Below are positions 1-10,307 of a DNA stretch of 20,000 nucleotides, in pieces. Source of the DNA: Chiloscyllium plagiosum (lineage: Eukaryota). The stretch is from the NCBI RefSeq assembly GCF_004010195.1, contig NC_057757.1:2440356-2460355 (forward strand), read 5' to 3'. The notes below the pieces were generated by a model. That model was not told where the DNA came from. It saw nothing but the letters and a program-made list of their open reading frames with translations, and ran no database searches. The translations under genes and the position numbers were made by a program. Every line of letters starts with the position of its first letter. Position 1 is the first letter of the stretch.

Positions 1-264
1 TGAAACCAAAAGAATACATTCAAGCCTTGTGCTTTTTTTGAATTACCCAACATCTCAGGAAGTATAAAATTCCTTGTGGCTTTCTACATGGCAAAACCTT
101 GGTCAAACAAAGTTGAGTTGCCAGTCAATCAGCACACCTTTCTCTTGTAATATGAATTGTTAAGCTGCCAACCCAACAGTAACACAAAGAGGGGTGCAGA
201 AAATTGGGAAAACCACTAACATTATATCACAAGTTTCCAACTCATCAGCATTCAGCCTTATGAG

Positions 265-430
265 GATGTTACTACACAGGATACCATTCAGCCCATCGCT
301 TCTGAGAGCTGGCCTTTCCCCTGTAGCCCTGCAAGTTTTCCCTGTCAAGCATTTAATTCCCCATTCCGAAGACTGCTATTGAATGTGTTTCCACGGCCCT
401 TCCCAAACTAGAATAACTCCCTGCTTAAAA
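265..430 (-). mobile_element. Degenerate CR1-type LINE 3' tail fragment
   Basis: CCATTCAGCCCATC...ATTGAATGTGTTTCCAC...ATAACTCCCTGC resembles the reverse complement of the CR1 3' ends seen elsewhere in the window. Confidence 0.5.
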
Positions 431-511
431 CACTTTGACGTCACCATTAGTCCAGATATCTAAATGAAAACCTCCCTTGAACTTTCAATAACAAATGTTA
501 ATACCATATCA

Positions 512-790
512 CTGGTGGTCCAATGGTTCAGTGGTTAGCACTGCTGCTTCATAGCACCAGGGTTCAATTCCACCCTCAGGTGACTGTCTGTGTGGAGTTT
601 GCATATTCTGCATGAGTTTTCTCTGGGTGTTCCCATTCCCTCCCAGTCTAAAGATACACAGATTAGGGTGGATTGGCCATGCTAAATTGCCCCACACTGT
701 CTAGGGATGTGCAGGCTAAGTGGGTCAGCCATGGGAAATGCAGGGTAATTGGGTTAGGAGGTAGGTCTGGATGGGATGCCCTTTGGAGAC
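512..790 (+). mobile_element. tRNA-derived V-SINE (HE1-like), 3'-truncated
   Basis: A box TGGTTCAGTGG, B box GGTTCAATTCC and central TGTGTGGAGTTTGCA domain. Paralogous to 17437-17765. Confidence 0.85.
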
Positions 791-1069
791 CATCTTCATT
801 AAAGCAAGGTGTTAGCAGCATGGAAACACAAGGGAGCTAGGATCCTGAGTGGCAGCATTCCTTAAGAAACCAGTTTCTTCAAAAAAAAACACACTTGTCA
901 CCCTGGGGTGAAAGGGTCACAGAGACATCAGTTTCCCAATTCATGGCAAGGTCCAGGCTGGAGTTTTTGACAAGACTCAGTAATCATCACCATGGGAGAG
1001 ACAGCCTCAATATCCTTAAAATGGAAAGCATTCGCATCATGCATCAGAGGAGAACTCTCATTCAAACAT

Positions 1070-1380
1070 AGAAAATTCTTATAGGGCTGAACAAAGTAGG
1101 TGCAGGACAGATGGTTCCCCTGGCTGGAGAATCAAGAACCAGGGGACAGAGCCTCAGAATGGCCTTCCTTCACTCGGAGGACATTGAATTCTCTACCCCA
1201 GACGGCTGTGGAAGATCAGCCATGGACTATACTCAAGACAGAAATCAAAAGATTTCTAGCAATTAAATGTGGTTGGGGATAGTGCAGGAAATGGTGTTGA
1301 GGTATAAGATCAGTTATGAATGTACCTGATCAGCACAGAAGGCTCAATGGGCTGAATGGCCTTCCCCTTCCTCTATTCCC
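1070..1380 (+). mobile_element. CR1 LINE 3' end fragment
   Basis: TTCTTATAGGGCTGAACAAAGTAG...GGATAGTGCAGGAAATGG...GGGCTGAATGGCCTTCC, typical of the CR1 ORF2 end and 3' UTR. Confidence 0.7.
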
Positions 1381-1544
1381 TAGGAAATGGAGGGCTAGGA
1401 AGATCTGGATGAATTAAAAAGATCCTTAATACCTGCTTATAGAGTTTGGTGTACAAGTTTGATAACATTCCCATGAAGGTCCTGGAGCTCACATATTGAT
1501 GCAAGATGGTGACAAAATAGGACTCGCCAGCCAAAGCTAGTCGG

Positions 1545-2085
1545 TTTCTTTTTTTTTTCTCATCTGTGATTTCTTTTCTCTTCCTTTCATCTCAGCAATG
1601 TCCTGACGTCCTGGTCTCAGCATGGAACCAGCTATTGGCCTGGCGTGACGGTCTCTTCGCAGCTCAGTGTGATGGTCTCTCAGCAGCCTGGTGCTGCAGC
1701 TTCTCCGAGGACACAAAGTGGGGGTCTCACCGCAGCTCGGCTCGGCGATTTCCCGGCGGCCCGCTGCGGCCGTCTCCCGGCCTAGAGTGTCAGTCTGTCA
1801 GCCTAGCTGGACTTCCTAGAGGTGAAACCCGACACAGTCTACAGGCTAGGTAGCAACTGGGTTGGAAAGACTGCTATTCTGAATGTTTATTTCTTTATTT
1901 TTTTCTGATTTATTGACCAAATTCTAATTTGGTCTGTACTGTTGGACTTTTATTTCTTTATTTTTCTTCACTAAGAACTTATACTTAAGAATCCCTACCT
2001 AAGATGGTGCTGTTTAATGGTGACTGTAAATTTTTCAATGTACTTATTTGAGTACATGAGACAAGAATCCAAATTCTAATTTTAA
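1545..2085 (+). mobile_element. Non-autonomous retroelement with CpG-rich body and Rex1/L2-like 3' tail
   Basis: The 3' end CCTAAGATGGTGCT...GTAAATTTTTCAATGTAC...GAGTACATGAGACAAG is shared with the reverse complement of 5490-5610 and resembles the tail at 16850-16890. 5' boundary is approximate. Confidence 0.55.
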
Positions 2086-2354
2086 ATTGCTGCTGATAAC
2101 CTAATGGGGGAAAAGATGGGCATCCAGGAGGCTTTCAAAAGGCTTTGCAGCAGAGTCCCAGTGTGACTCTGCGACTGACTGAATGGAGGTCAGGATGAAA
2201 AGGAATTCAAGGATCCTTGGTGTGTGCCCGCATCGTGCGTGTGCGTGTCTCGGATGGTGCTGTGGTAGGTGATGGCAGAAGCATGGACACAGAGGCAGGA
2301 AGAGAACACTGCACAGACATCTCACCCCCTCTTCATAAACAAAGCTGCTGCTAC

Positions 2355-2471
2355 CTGTTGCTGCTTGCTGCGCCCCTTCTCTGCCGCCTCGCGATCCTCC
2401 TGCAGTTGCCTCATGGCTTCCGATTTCTCTGAATCGTGTTTCTTCCAACCATCCACCACCTTCACCAGTGT
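2355..2471 (-). CDS. CNTROB: Centrobin coding exon 6 (117 nt, TLVKVVDGWKKHDSEKSEAMRQLQEDREAAEKGRSKQQQ); gene continues past the window start
   Basis: Acceptor TTTTCCCCTCCACGGACAG|A, donor CAG|GTAGCA. Resembles centrobin TLARVVEGWNRHEAERTEVLRGLQEEHQAAELTRSKQQE. Confidence 0.94.
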
Positions 2472-2614
2472 CTGTCCGTGGAGGGGAAAAGAGACAAATG
2501 CAAAACAAAACCACAGGAGCAAATTTGTTTTCCAGCAAAGAGATAAATAGTTTTAAGAATCCATTTTGTTTCTCCCACCAGAATATTAAACCAGTTCCAC
2601 TTGATCCTCCTAAG

Positions 2615-2845
2615 TGTAAGTCATACAACACAAAAACAGACCCCTCAATCCGAGCTGACCATGATCCCCCCCCCAAACTAGTCCCACCTGCCTGTTCCTG
2701 GCCCATATCTCTCCAAATCTTTCCAATTCATGTACTTATCCAAATGACTTTTAAACATTGTAACTGTACACACATCCACCACTTCCACAGGAAGTTCATT
2801 ACACATACAAACAACTCTCTATGTTAAGAAAAATGCCTCTCGTCT
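2615..2845 (-). mobile_element. CR1 LINE 3' end fragment
   Basis: Its reverse complement resembles 9290-9500 (AAACTAGTCCCACCTGCCTG...GGCCCATATC...CATGTAC...ATCCA). Confidence 0.8.
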
Positions 2846-2852
2846 TTTTTAG

Positions 2853-3035
2853 ACAAAAATAGAGATCACTGGAAAACCTCAACAGGTCTGGCAGCATCTG
2901 TGAATAGAAATCAGAGTTTTCTAAGGTCTGAGGAAGGATCACTCGATCTGAAACATTAACTCTGATTTCTCGCCACAGGTGTTGCTGAGCTTTACCAACA
3001 ATTTTTATTTTTGTTTCTGATTTACAACATCTGGA
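2853..3035. mobile_element. Palindromic Penelope-type non-autonomous repeat with hammerhead-like core
   Basis: Inverted arms (ACAAAAATAGA.../...TTTATTTTTGT and AGAAATCAGAGTT/AACTCTGATTTCT) surround CTGAGGA-A-GGATC-ACTC-GATCT-GAAAC. Confidence 0.65.
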
Positions 3036-3074
3036 ATTCTTTCAGTTTTATTCTGTTTTTTTTTTAAAGTCTTT

Positions 3075-3500
3075 CTGCTCACTCAGTTTCACTCCACTGC
3101 CATCTCCCCGAAATCCCACACCTTTTTCGAATAACAAACCAATTCTGTTTTAAATTGCTCAGTTGAATCTGCCTCCATCACATTCTCAAACAGTGCACTC
3201 CGGATCCTAACCACTCACTGTTTTAAAACACAAGTTTGTGTCTCTCTTGATGCTTCTTTTGCCAATAACCACAATTTGTGTCTTTTCATTCTTGAGCCTT
3301 TGTCCAGTGGGGACAGTTTCTCCCCATCCAATCTGTGCAGACCCCTGGTGATTTTGAGTACCTTAATCAAATCTCCTCCCGTCCCTTATCTTCTTCAAGG
3401 GAAACTGTCCCAACTTCCCAAATCTGTTCATGTCACTGCAGTCTCTCATCCTACGAATCATTTTCGTGAATCTTTTCTGCACACTCTCTGACACCTTCAT
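3075..3500 (-). mobile_element. Degenerate CR1 LINE 3' ORF2/UTR fragment
   Basis: Minus ORF fragment NRFGKLGQFPLKKIRDGRRFD matches the CR1 C-terminal RL..LGLFSLE.RRLRGDL pattern. Confidence 0.65.
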
Positions 3501-3611
3501 AGCCAGTCCTTCATTAGGAGACAGTCTCTTGTGCCCTATGATACTGCCCACTTCAACTATCCCTCGTGGTTACAGAGAGGCTGCTGAACTTCAAAACCGT
3601 TCACCTTTTAC

Positions 3612-3728
3612 CTTATCCAGCTGCTCGATCATAATGTCTTTCTTCCGATCAGCTGACACCGCCACAGCCAGTTGTTGCTGGAGCTCCAGGATCTTGTTCT
3701 GAAGACTCTGAATCTGTTTCTCGCAGTG
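3612..3728 (-). CDS. CNTROB: Centrobin coding exon 5 (117 nt, HCEKQIQSLQNKILELQQQLAVAVSADRKKDIMIEQLDK)
   Basis: Acceptor CCAACTACAG|C, donor AAG|GTAAAA. Very close to the centrobin coiled-coil HCERHIQSLQTRVLELQQQLAVAVAADRKKDTMIEQLDK. Confidence 0.96.
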
Positions 3729-3981
3729 CTGTAGTTGGACGAAGCAAGAAATTAGACGTCAATCACAGCTCCACAACTGAACAATTAATGCCTGTATAAT
3801 TCTGAGTGTTAGAAGGGCAGAGTCGAAAGGATAGACTGAACCATAGACAGGCCCATAGAAACAGAGGCTTCAGAATAAGAATGTTATGGTTTTTTTTAAA
3901 GAAATCAGCATTCATAAAACTAACATGAATTTCTTTCTGTCGCTTTTTTTTATAAACCTAGTGGAGGAATAAGCTTAGGGG

Positions 3982-4059
3982 AAAGTGAAGACTGCAGATG
4001 CTGGAGATTAGAGTTGAGTGCGTGGTGCTGGAAAAACACAGCAGATCAGGCAGCATCCG
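3982..4059. mobile_element. Short Penelope-type repeat end fragment with 10-bp TSD
   Basis: ACTGCAGATGCTGGAG...GCTGGAAAAACACAGCAGATCAGGCAGCATC resembles 2868-2900. Flanked by AGCTTAGGGG at 3972-3981 and 4060-4069. Confidence 0.7.
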
Positions 4060-4589
4060 AGCTTAGGGGGTCTTGTGCCAGAGTAGGCAGCTTCCTTACC
4101 TCCGAGTTAGAAGCATCTGATACAAGTCCAACCCAATGGCCTAAAGACTAAGGAAGGTGAGTTCAAAGTGCAGGCTTGATTATCAACTTGCAAATCCTTC
4201 CACCCATGAAAGGCGCAGAGAGCAGGACAGATTTCTCATCATCCATGCTTGATGTTGAGTGCCCCCTCCTCATGCTATAAGCTCTGAATTCAGGCTAGCA
4301 ATATATTCCGGAACAAAATCAACTACAAAATGCAGACATAAGCATGCGCCTTGCCTGCCTCGTATGTCCCTAAATGCATGAATTTTTCAAGTCTAAAGAA
4401 GGATAAGGAAAAGGCACCACATTGGCCAGAATATCAAGGTGTTTTTCCTGTGGAGTCACATGGTCAAATTCACCCAGCTGATTCCTAGGAGGAAAGGGGT
4501 TTGTCTTGCAAGGCAAAGCTCAGCAGGTTATGCCGGTAACTCAACGGACTTTAAGATAATCAAAAGTGATCTTATTCAAGCAAATAGGT

Positions 4590-4757
4590 TTCTGAAGGGG
4601 CTTGTCATGATAATGAAAAGATGATGTTTCTCCTCATCAACTTTGTCAAGAGTGAGGGGAGAGAGGCAGGAAAGTGAGTTTAAGGTCGCATCCAATCAGT
4701 CATTGAATGGCAGAGCAAGCATGAGATGAATGGCCTCTTCCTGCTCCTATTTCTTAG
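4590..4757 (+). mobile_element. Degenerate CR1 3' end fragment
   Basis: TTGAATGGCAGAGCAAGC...TGAATGGCCTCTTCCTGCTCCTATTTCTTA is a CR1 terminal motif. Confidence 0.55.
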
Positions 4758-5029
4758 AAAAGAATGTCAGCCTTCAAAAAGGAAACACAAAAGTTGTTAG
4801 AGACAAATGTATTAAGATGCCCAATTTGCCTTTTATCTTCACAAGGTGTTTAGATCCTTTCTAGAGATGTACATATTCAAAAAAAAAACCTGTCACTTCA
4901 GCAAGACTGGATGGAATTTATTTACCTGAAAGCACTCTTGTCATAATCAACCTTCCAGAGATATCCCAGTGAGAAAGGAGGATTCTAGGAAGGGGACAAG
5001 CCAACTGTAATTAACCCGGCAGGTTAAGG

Positions 5030-5805
5030 ATAGCATGAAATTGAAAGAAGAGAAACATACAATATGTCAATATTGTGGTAAGCCAGAGGACTGGGCAGGT
5101 TATAAAACCAACAAAAATGACCCAGCCAATGATAAAGAGGGAGAAAATAAATTTTGAGGGTAAACTTGCAAGTAATATCAAGATGAACAGAAAAAAAAAG
5201 CTTCTTTAAATATATAAAAGAGGAAGGCCAAACCAAACATAGCCCCTTTAGAGAATGAGTCTGGGAAAGTAATAATGGGAAACCACGAAATGGCAGAGAA
5301 CTTGAATAAATATTTTACATTGGCCTTCATAGTAGAAGACACTAATAGTGTTCCAGAAATACTAAATAATAGAGGTAAAAAGGAGGGACAAAATAAATAG
5401 GTTAACCATCATTAGAAAAAAGTACAAGGGAAAGGGCTAAGACCAACAAGTCCGCTGGACCTGATGGAACGCGTACTAGGATCTCAAATGAAATTTAGAA
5501 TTAGTTTTATTGTCACATGAACTCACGAATACCAGTAAAAAGTTTACAACTCGCCACTTATAGCACCATCTTAGGGACAAAGGTATCTAGGTACACATTC
5601 TTCAGGAAAAAAAATTTAAAAATGAAAAATGAAGAAGTAGCTATAGAAATAGTAGTAATCTTCCAAGAATCCTTGAATTCTGGAAAAATGCAAGAGGAGT
5701 AGAAAACTACAAATGTAACATATTTATTCTAAAAGGGATGGGGACAAAAAAGAAACAGGTAATTATTCATCAGTTAGTTTAACATCGGTTATTGAGAAAA
5801 TGTTG
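5030..5805 (+). mobile_element. CR1 LINE ORF2 internal fragment (pre-RT region), disrupted and interrupted by an insertion
   Basis: Translates in pieces to EGKLASNIK, SFFKYIK, EMAENLNKYF, KSAGPDG and IFQESLNSG, all characteristic of CR1 ORF2. Confidence 0.85.
5490..5625 (-). mobile_element. 3'-end fragment of the same family as 1545-2085, inserted in CR1
   Basis: Reverse complement reads CCTAAGATGGTGCTATAAGTGGCGAGTTGTAAACTTTTTACTG...CATGTGACAATAAAA. Possible TSD AAATGAA (5486/5627). Confidence 0.65.
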
Positions 5806-6009
5806 CAAAAACCGAACTCCCATGCTTAGTGGGAATGCACAGGAATAAGTTTCTGTGAGACAGTTGGCAGGCAGTAATCGATGCAAGGAGTAAAAGATGA
5901 AGTGTTTTCAAGAACTTAATGGATTGCTTCTTCTTAAACCTCCCGAAGTTAAGTCATGAATCCTCTTTAAGCATCGCGAGACAGCAAGAACATGTAACCC
6001 ATCTGAATG

Positions 6010-6540
6010 CCTTGATTAGATTCCTTGATTAGTCAAGGTTGCAATTCGTTTCTGGTATCTGTTATTCTATACATACCCCAGCCCGTACCCCTGGATTAGT
6101 TTCCAGTCTGTAGCTCACTTCCAGATATTTGTAATTCTACATACAAACCATCCCATACCCCTTGATTAGATTCCAGTTTGTAACTCACTCCCAGGTATCA
6201 ATTATTCAAATATATAAACCATCCCATATCAATTAGATTCCAGGCTGTGATTCATTCCTCGGTATCTGTTACTTTATGCACAAACCGTTCTGTACTCCTT
6301 GATTAGATTCCAATCTGTAACTCATCCTGTTTTTTTATTCTATGGATAAATTCATGAACTCTTTGATTAAATTTCAGTTTGCAACATGTTCCCGGGTATG
6401 TATTATTTTATAATAGTGTAAAAGCTCCCTGAACTCTGATTAAATTCTAGTCTGTAACTTATTCCTGGGTACCTGTTGGTCTATGTATAAATCCCTGAAC
6501 CCTCAGTTAGATTACATTCTGCAACTCACACCAGGGGAGT
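6010..6540. repeat. Degenerate tandem repeat, ~69-bp period, ~8 units
   Basis: Unit CCTTGATTAGATTCCAGTCTGTAACTCACTCCC.GGTATCTGTTATTCTAT recurs near 6027, 6094, 6164, 6232, 6301, 6366, 6438 and 6506. Confidence 0.9.
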
Positions 6541-7718
6541 TTGCTTTTTTATATTTGACAGGTCAGAAAAAGGTCAGATATATCTGATTTGATGAGGCAG
6601 CACAAATCAAACAGAACTGATTTTGTATTAGTTTTTGTGAGGTCACACATTCCCTCACCATGCTATTCGGAGGGAATAAAGTTTAAGATCGGGTCAGCCA
6701 CACATGTAGCTGGGGGAGTGCTCTCCAGGTTTTATCAGTGATGTAACCTCCCTGTGATACTCAGACTAAGGCCACATGAACCTAGGGCCACCTAGGGTTC
6801 ACCAGAGGTTTTGTGACAGAAGCTGACCCCAAAAAGCTGCTTTTGGGTTGACAGCAAGTATCAAGGAGACAGGATCAGCACCTGCTAAGGGGATTAGAGG
6901 GGTGTTTGGCTTTTTAATACAACCAGCCAGCAAGTGAGGGAGCCAGGGCCCCAAGCTGCTTAATACCAATACAAGCTCCTTCTAGGCAGCTCACAAATAA
7001 CCAGTGAGGTCAATAGAGCAGAGAAACACTGCAACACGTGGAAACATCCTCAATTCCACACTGACTAGGATCTCGTCAGAGTATGAGCACTATACTTGTC
7101 GGAGCATGAACCTGCGGCTGACAGAGATCAGAGGAAGACACAGGGCCAAAGCCTTTGCAATTTACTTCAAAATGAAATGCAGAGCTTTTCAAATTCCTGT
7201 TCCACTCTGATTTTAAAATACTCCCTTGGATGCCTCATACAGCCTGGCTCTTTACAGCTTTATCACCCAAGTAGTCACAGAAACTCCGATTTAAACATAC
7301 CACCAAATGCCATATCAAATCAGCCCGAGACTGCTCTTGATTTGATCCCCAGGGCATTTTGCAGACTTGACAAAAAATCAATCTCAGCCCCCAAACTATG
7401 ATCACGCGTACAAGAGTCCTCCACACACAGCAGATATCTTAAAGGCACATCGCTAATTTTAAACCCTCCACCCATAGATCCACGCCATCAGTTGTCTCAT
7501 CATATCCTCACTAAAGACATCCTCTAAGCTGACATCTTTCAGTCAGGCTTTTGCTAATATTCCACACAGCTCAGGGACAGGCTCTATTTGCGGAGGCTTA
7601 GGACATTTCACTCCTCAAAGCAAGACACTATAGAGATGCATCTGGTTGTGGTCAGGAATTAGGAGGGATTCTGTTGGTGAGTTGCAGAGGAGGCTTTTGA
7701 AAAGTCTGAAGAGAAGTG

Positions 7719-8015
7719 GAAGAGCTGTTGCTTTCTTTCAAAGACTCATACAGCACAGAAACAGACCATTCCGCCCAGCCAGTCGGTGCCGACCATAATT
7801 CCAAACTAAACTAGTCTCACCTGAATTATCCTTAATCCAATTGTTTTGCTGAGATCACTTCAGAGAGTAATTAAGAGCCAATTACTTCGCTGTGGGTCTA
7901 GCGTCACACATAGGCCAGTCTGGGTAAGGATGGCAGATTTCATATCTTTAAAGGACTTTGCTGCAAAAGGGGTTTTGCAATAGTTACCATGGTCACCATA
8001 ACTGAGACCGGCTTT
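7719..8015. repeat. Left arm of a local inverted duplication (A 7719-7823, CR1 tail; B 7820-8015, SINE part)
   Basis: Reverse complement of 9421-9525 (7 differences in 105 nt) and of 8615-8809 (8 differences in ~196 nt), by manual alignment. Confidence 0.95.
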
Positions 8016-8063
8016 ACTGATGGAATTTAAATTCCATCAGCTGCTATGGGTTGGATTTGAACC

Positions 8064-8602
8064 GGTGTTGTGGCTGTACAGTATGCTGGTTAGGCCACTT
8101 TTGGAATACTACATTCAATTCTGGTCTCCCTGCAAAAGGAAGAATGTTAAACTTCAAAGGGTTCAGAAAAAATTTACAACGATGTTGCCGGGATTAGAGG
8201 GTTTGAGCTATAGGGAGAGGCTGAATAGACTGAGGCTATTTTCCCTACAGCATCGGAGGCTGAAGGATGACCTCACTTATAAAATGACGTTTATAAAATC
8301 ATGAGGGACATGATTAGGGTAAATAGTCAAAGTCTTTGCCTCCAGGTAGGGGACTCCAAAACTAGAGGGCATAGGTTTAAAGTGAGAAGGGAAAGATTTA
8401 GAAGGGACCTGAGGGGCAACGCTTTCACAGAGAGGGTAACGCATTTATGGAATGAGCTGCCAGAGGTGGTGTTGGTGGCAGGTACAATAACAAATTTAAA
8501 AGGCATCTGGATGCGTACATGAATAGGAAAAGGTTTAAGAGAAAAATGGGCTAAATGCTGGCAAATGGGACTAGATTAATTTAGGACATCTGGTCGGCAT
8601 GG
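8064..8602 (+). mobile_element. CR1 LINE 3' fragment
   Basis: LYSMLVRPLLEYYIQFWSP...LQRVQKKFT.MLPGLEGLSYRERLNRL and KTRGHRFKVRRERFRRDLRGN; frameshifted. Confidence 0.93.
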
Positions 8603-8614
8603 AATCTGGAATTG

Positions 8615-8809
8615 AAAGCTGGTCTCAGTTATGGAGACCATGGTAACTATTGCAAAACCCCTTTTGCAGCAAAGTCCTTTTAGGATATGAAATCTGCCAT
8701 CCTTACCCAGACTGGTCTATGTGTGACGCTAGACCCACAGCGAAGTAATTGGCTCTTAATTACTCTCTGAAGTGATATCACAAAACAATTGGATGAAGGA
8801 TAATTCAGG
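8615..8809. repeat. Right arm B' of the inverted duplication (SINE-derived)
   Basis: About 96% identical to the reverse complement of 7820-8015. Confidence 0.95.
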
Positions 8810-8859
8810 ATGGGCGAAAGCCTTGCTGCTGTGTCCACATATTATAAAAGAGCCTTCGG

Positions 8860-9552
8860 TTGTAGTACGGAGAGACGTAGGGATTCAGGTATATAATTCT
8901 TTGAGGTTTGCATTTCATGTAGACAGGGTAGTTAAAAGGACATTTACCACGCTTGTCTTCATTGCTCAGCCCTTTGAGTATAGGAGTTGTGATGTCATGT
9001 TGAGGTTGTACAGGACGCTGGTGAGGCCTCTTCTGGAACACTGTGTCCAGTTCTGGTCGCCCTGTTATAGGAAGATTATTATTAAGCTGGAAGGTTTGAG
9101 TTGTAAGGAGAAGCTGGATAGGCTGAGACCTTTTGCACTAGAGTGTAGGAGGTTGAGTAGTGAACTTAGAGGTTTATAAAATCATAAGGTGAACAGCCAT
9201 GGTCTTTTTTCCTAGGGTAGTGGGGTCTAAAACTAAAGGGCTTAGGTTTAAGGTGAGAGGAAAAACATTTAAAAGGGACCCAAGGGGCAACTTTTTCACA
9301 CAGAGGGTGGTCTGTGTCTGGAATAAGCTGTCAGAGGAGGTGCTGGAGACAGGTACAATTACAACGTCTGGATGGGTACATGAATAGGAAAGGTTTGGAG
9401 GGATATGGGCCAGGAGCAGGCAGGTGAGACTAGCTTAGTTTGGAATTATGGTCGGCATCGACTGGTTGGATAGAAGGGTCTGTTTCTGTGCTGTATGAGT
9501 CTTTGAAAGAAAGCAACAGCTCTTCTTGAGTGCTGTCCAACTCTATGACTAT
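8860..9552 (+). mobile_element. CR1 LINE 3' fragment, including right arm A' (9421-9525)
   Basis: RDVGIQV...LYRTLVRPLLEHCVQFWSP...FFTQRVVCVWNKL, with tail CTCTATGACTATG. Confidence 0.93.
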
Positions 9553-9613
9553 GTGTTCCCAGAGGCTCTGGAATATTAATCCTGTGGTATTACCAATAAA
9601 CCACAATCCTTAC

Positions 9614-9800
9614 TTTCCTCCTGGTGCGCTCTTTATCGAGGGTGTCCTTCAGAATCTGATTCTCATACAGGGAGGATTCAGCCACCAGTCCCTCTCCCGT
9701 ACCCAGCCGCATCCGGGAATATCGAGGGAAGAGAGCAGCGTCATCCAATCCCAGGAGGGGTATGGGCGGGGAGACAGAAATCTCCTGGTATGGTTTGGCA
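9614..9800 (-). CDS. CNTROB: Centrobin coding exon 4 (187 nt, (S)AKPYQEIS...LFPRYSRMR...LKDTLDKERTRRK)
   Basis: Acceptor TTTCTATGTTTCAG|T, donor AAA|GTAAGG. Has the LFPRY and L.D.LD.E.TRRK centrobin motifs. Phase 2 to 0. Confidence 0.93.
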
Positions 9801-9820
9801 CTGAAACATAGAAAGCAAGT

Positions 9821-10270
9821 TAGAATCATAGGACACAACAGCACAGGAAGTAACCGCTCAGCCCCTTGTAACCTTGACATCCCTTTGCACTTCCACTCAT
9901 CCCATCTGCTCCCTATGGCATTGCAAATCCATCTCCCTTTTGAAAGCCAGGGCTGAACCTGCCTCCACCACACGCACAGGTCATATTTCAGATCCTAACC
10001 GCTCACTGTATATAAAAAAAAAGGCTTTTCCTCACACCTTCTGTTGCCAGTTACTTGAACTCTGAGCCATCTCGTTCTCTTCTGTCAATGGGGACAGCTT
10101 CTCCCTCTCGACTCTGCCCAGACTCTCATGATTTTGAAAACCTCTATCAAAAGTCCTCTCAGCTTTCTCTTTTCCAATGATACCAGCCCCAGCTTCTCCA
10201 ATCTATCCCCATTTCTGAAGACCCCCATTCCTGGAACCCATCTCAAAACCTTTACTGCGCCCTCAAAGAT
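9821..10270 (-). mobile_element. CR1 LINE 3' fragment ending ~20 nt upstream of the exon 4 acceptor
   Basis: Minus ORF DRLEKLGLVSLEKRKLRGLLIEVFKIM, followed by a CR1 3' UTR. Confidence 0.85.
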
Positions 10271-10307
10271 TTTCAAATCTTTTCATTCACAATGACTTAA
10301 AACACAA

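Noticed and set aside
2101..2706. 201-aa minus-strand ORF
   Set aside because: Starts in a CR1 tail and crosses exon 6 in the wrong frame; chance open frame.
6010..6540. CRISPR-like periodic array
   Set aside because: The whole ~69-bp unit repeats with degeneracy, there are no unique spacers or cas genes, and the context is a vertebrate intron.
6775..6850. Two small hairpins (TGAACCTAGG...CCTAGGGTTCA and CCCAAAAAGC..GCTTTTGGG)
   Set aside because: Short and imperfect, with no snoRNA or miRNA box features I can support.
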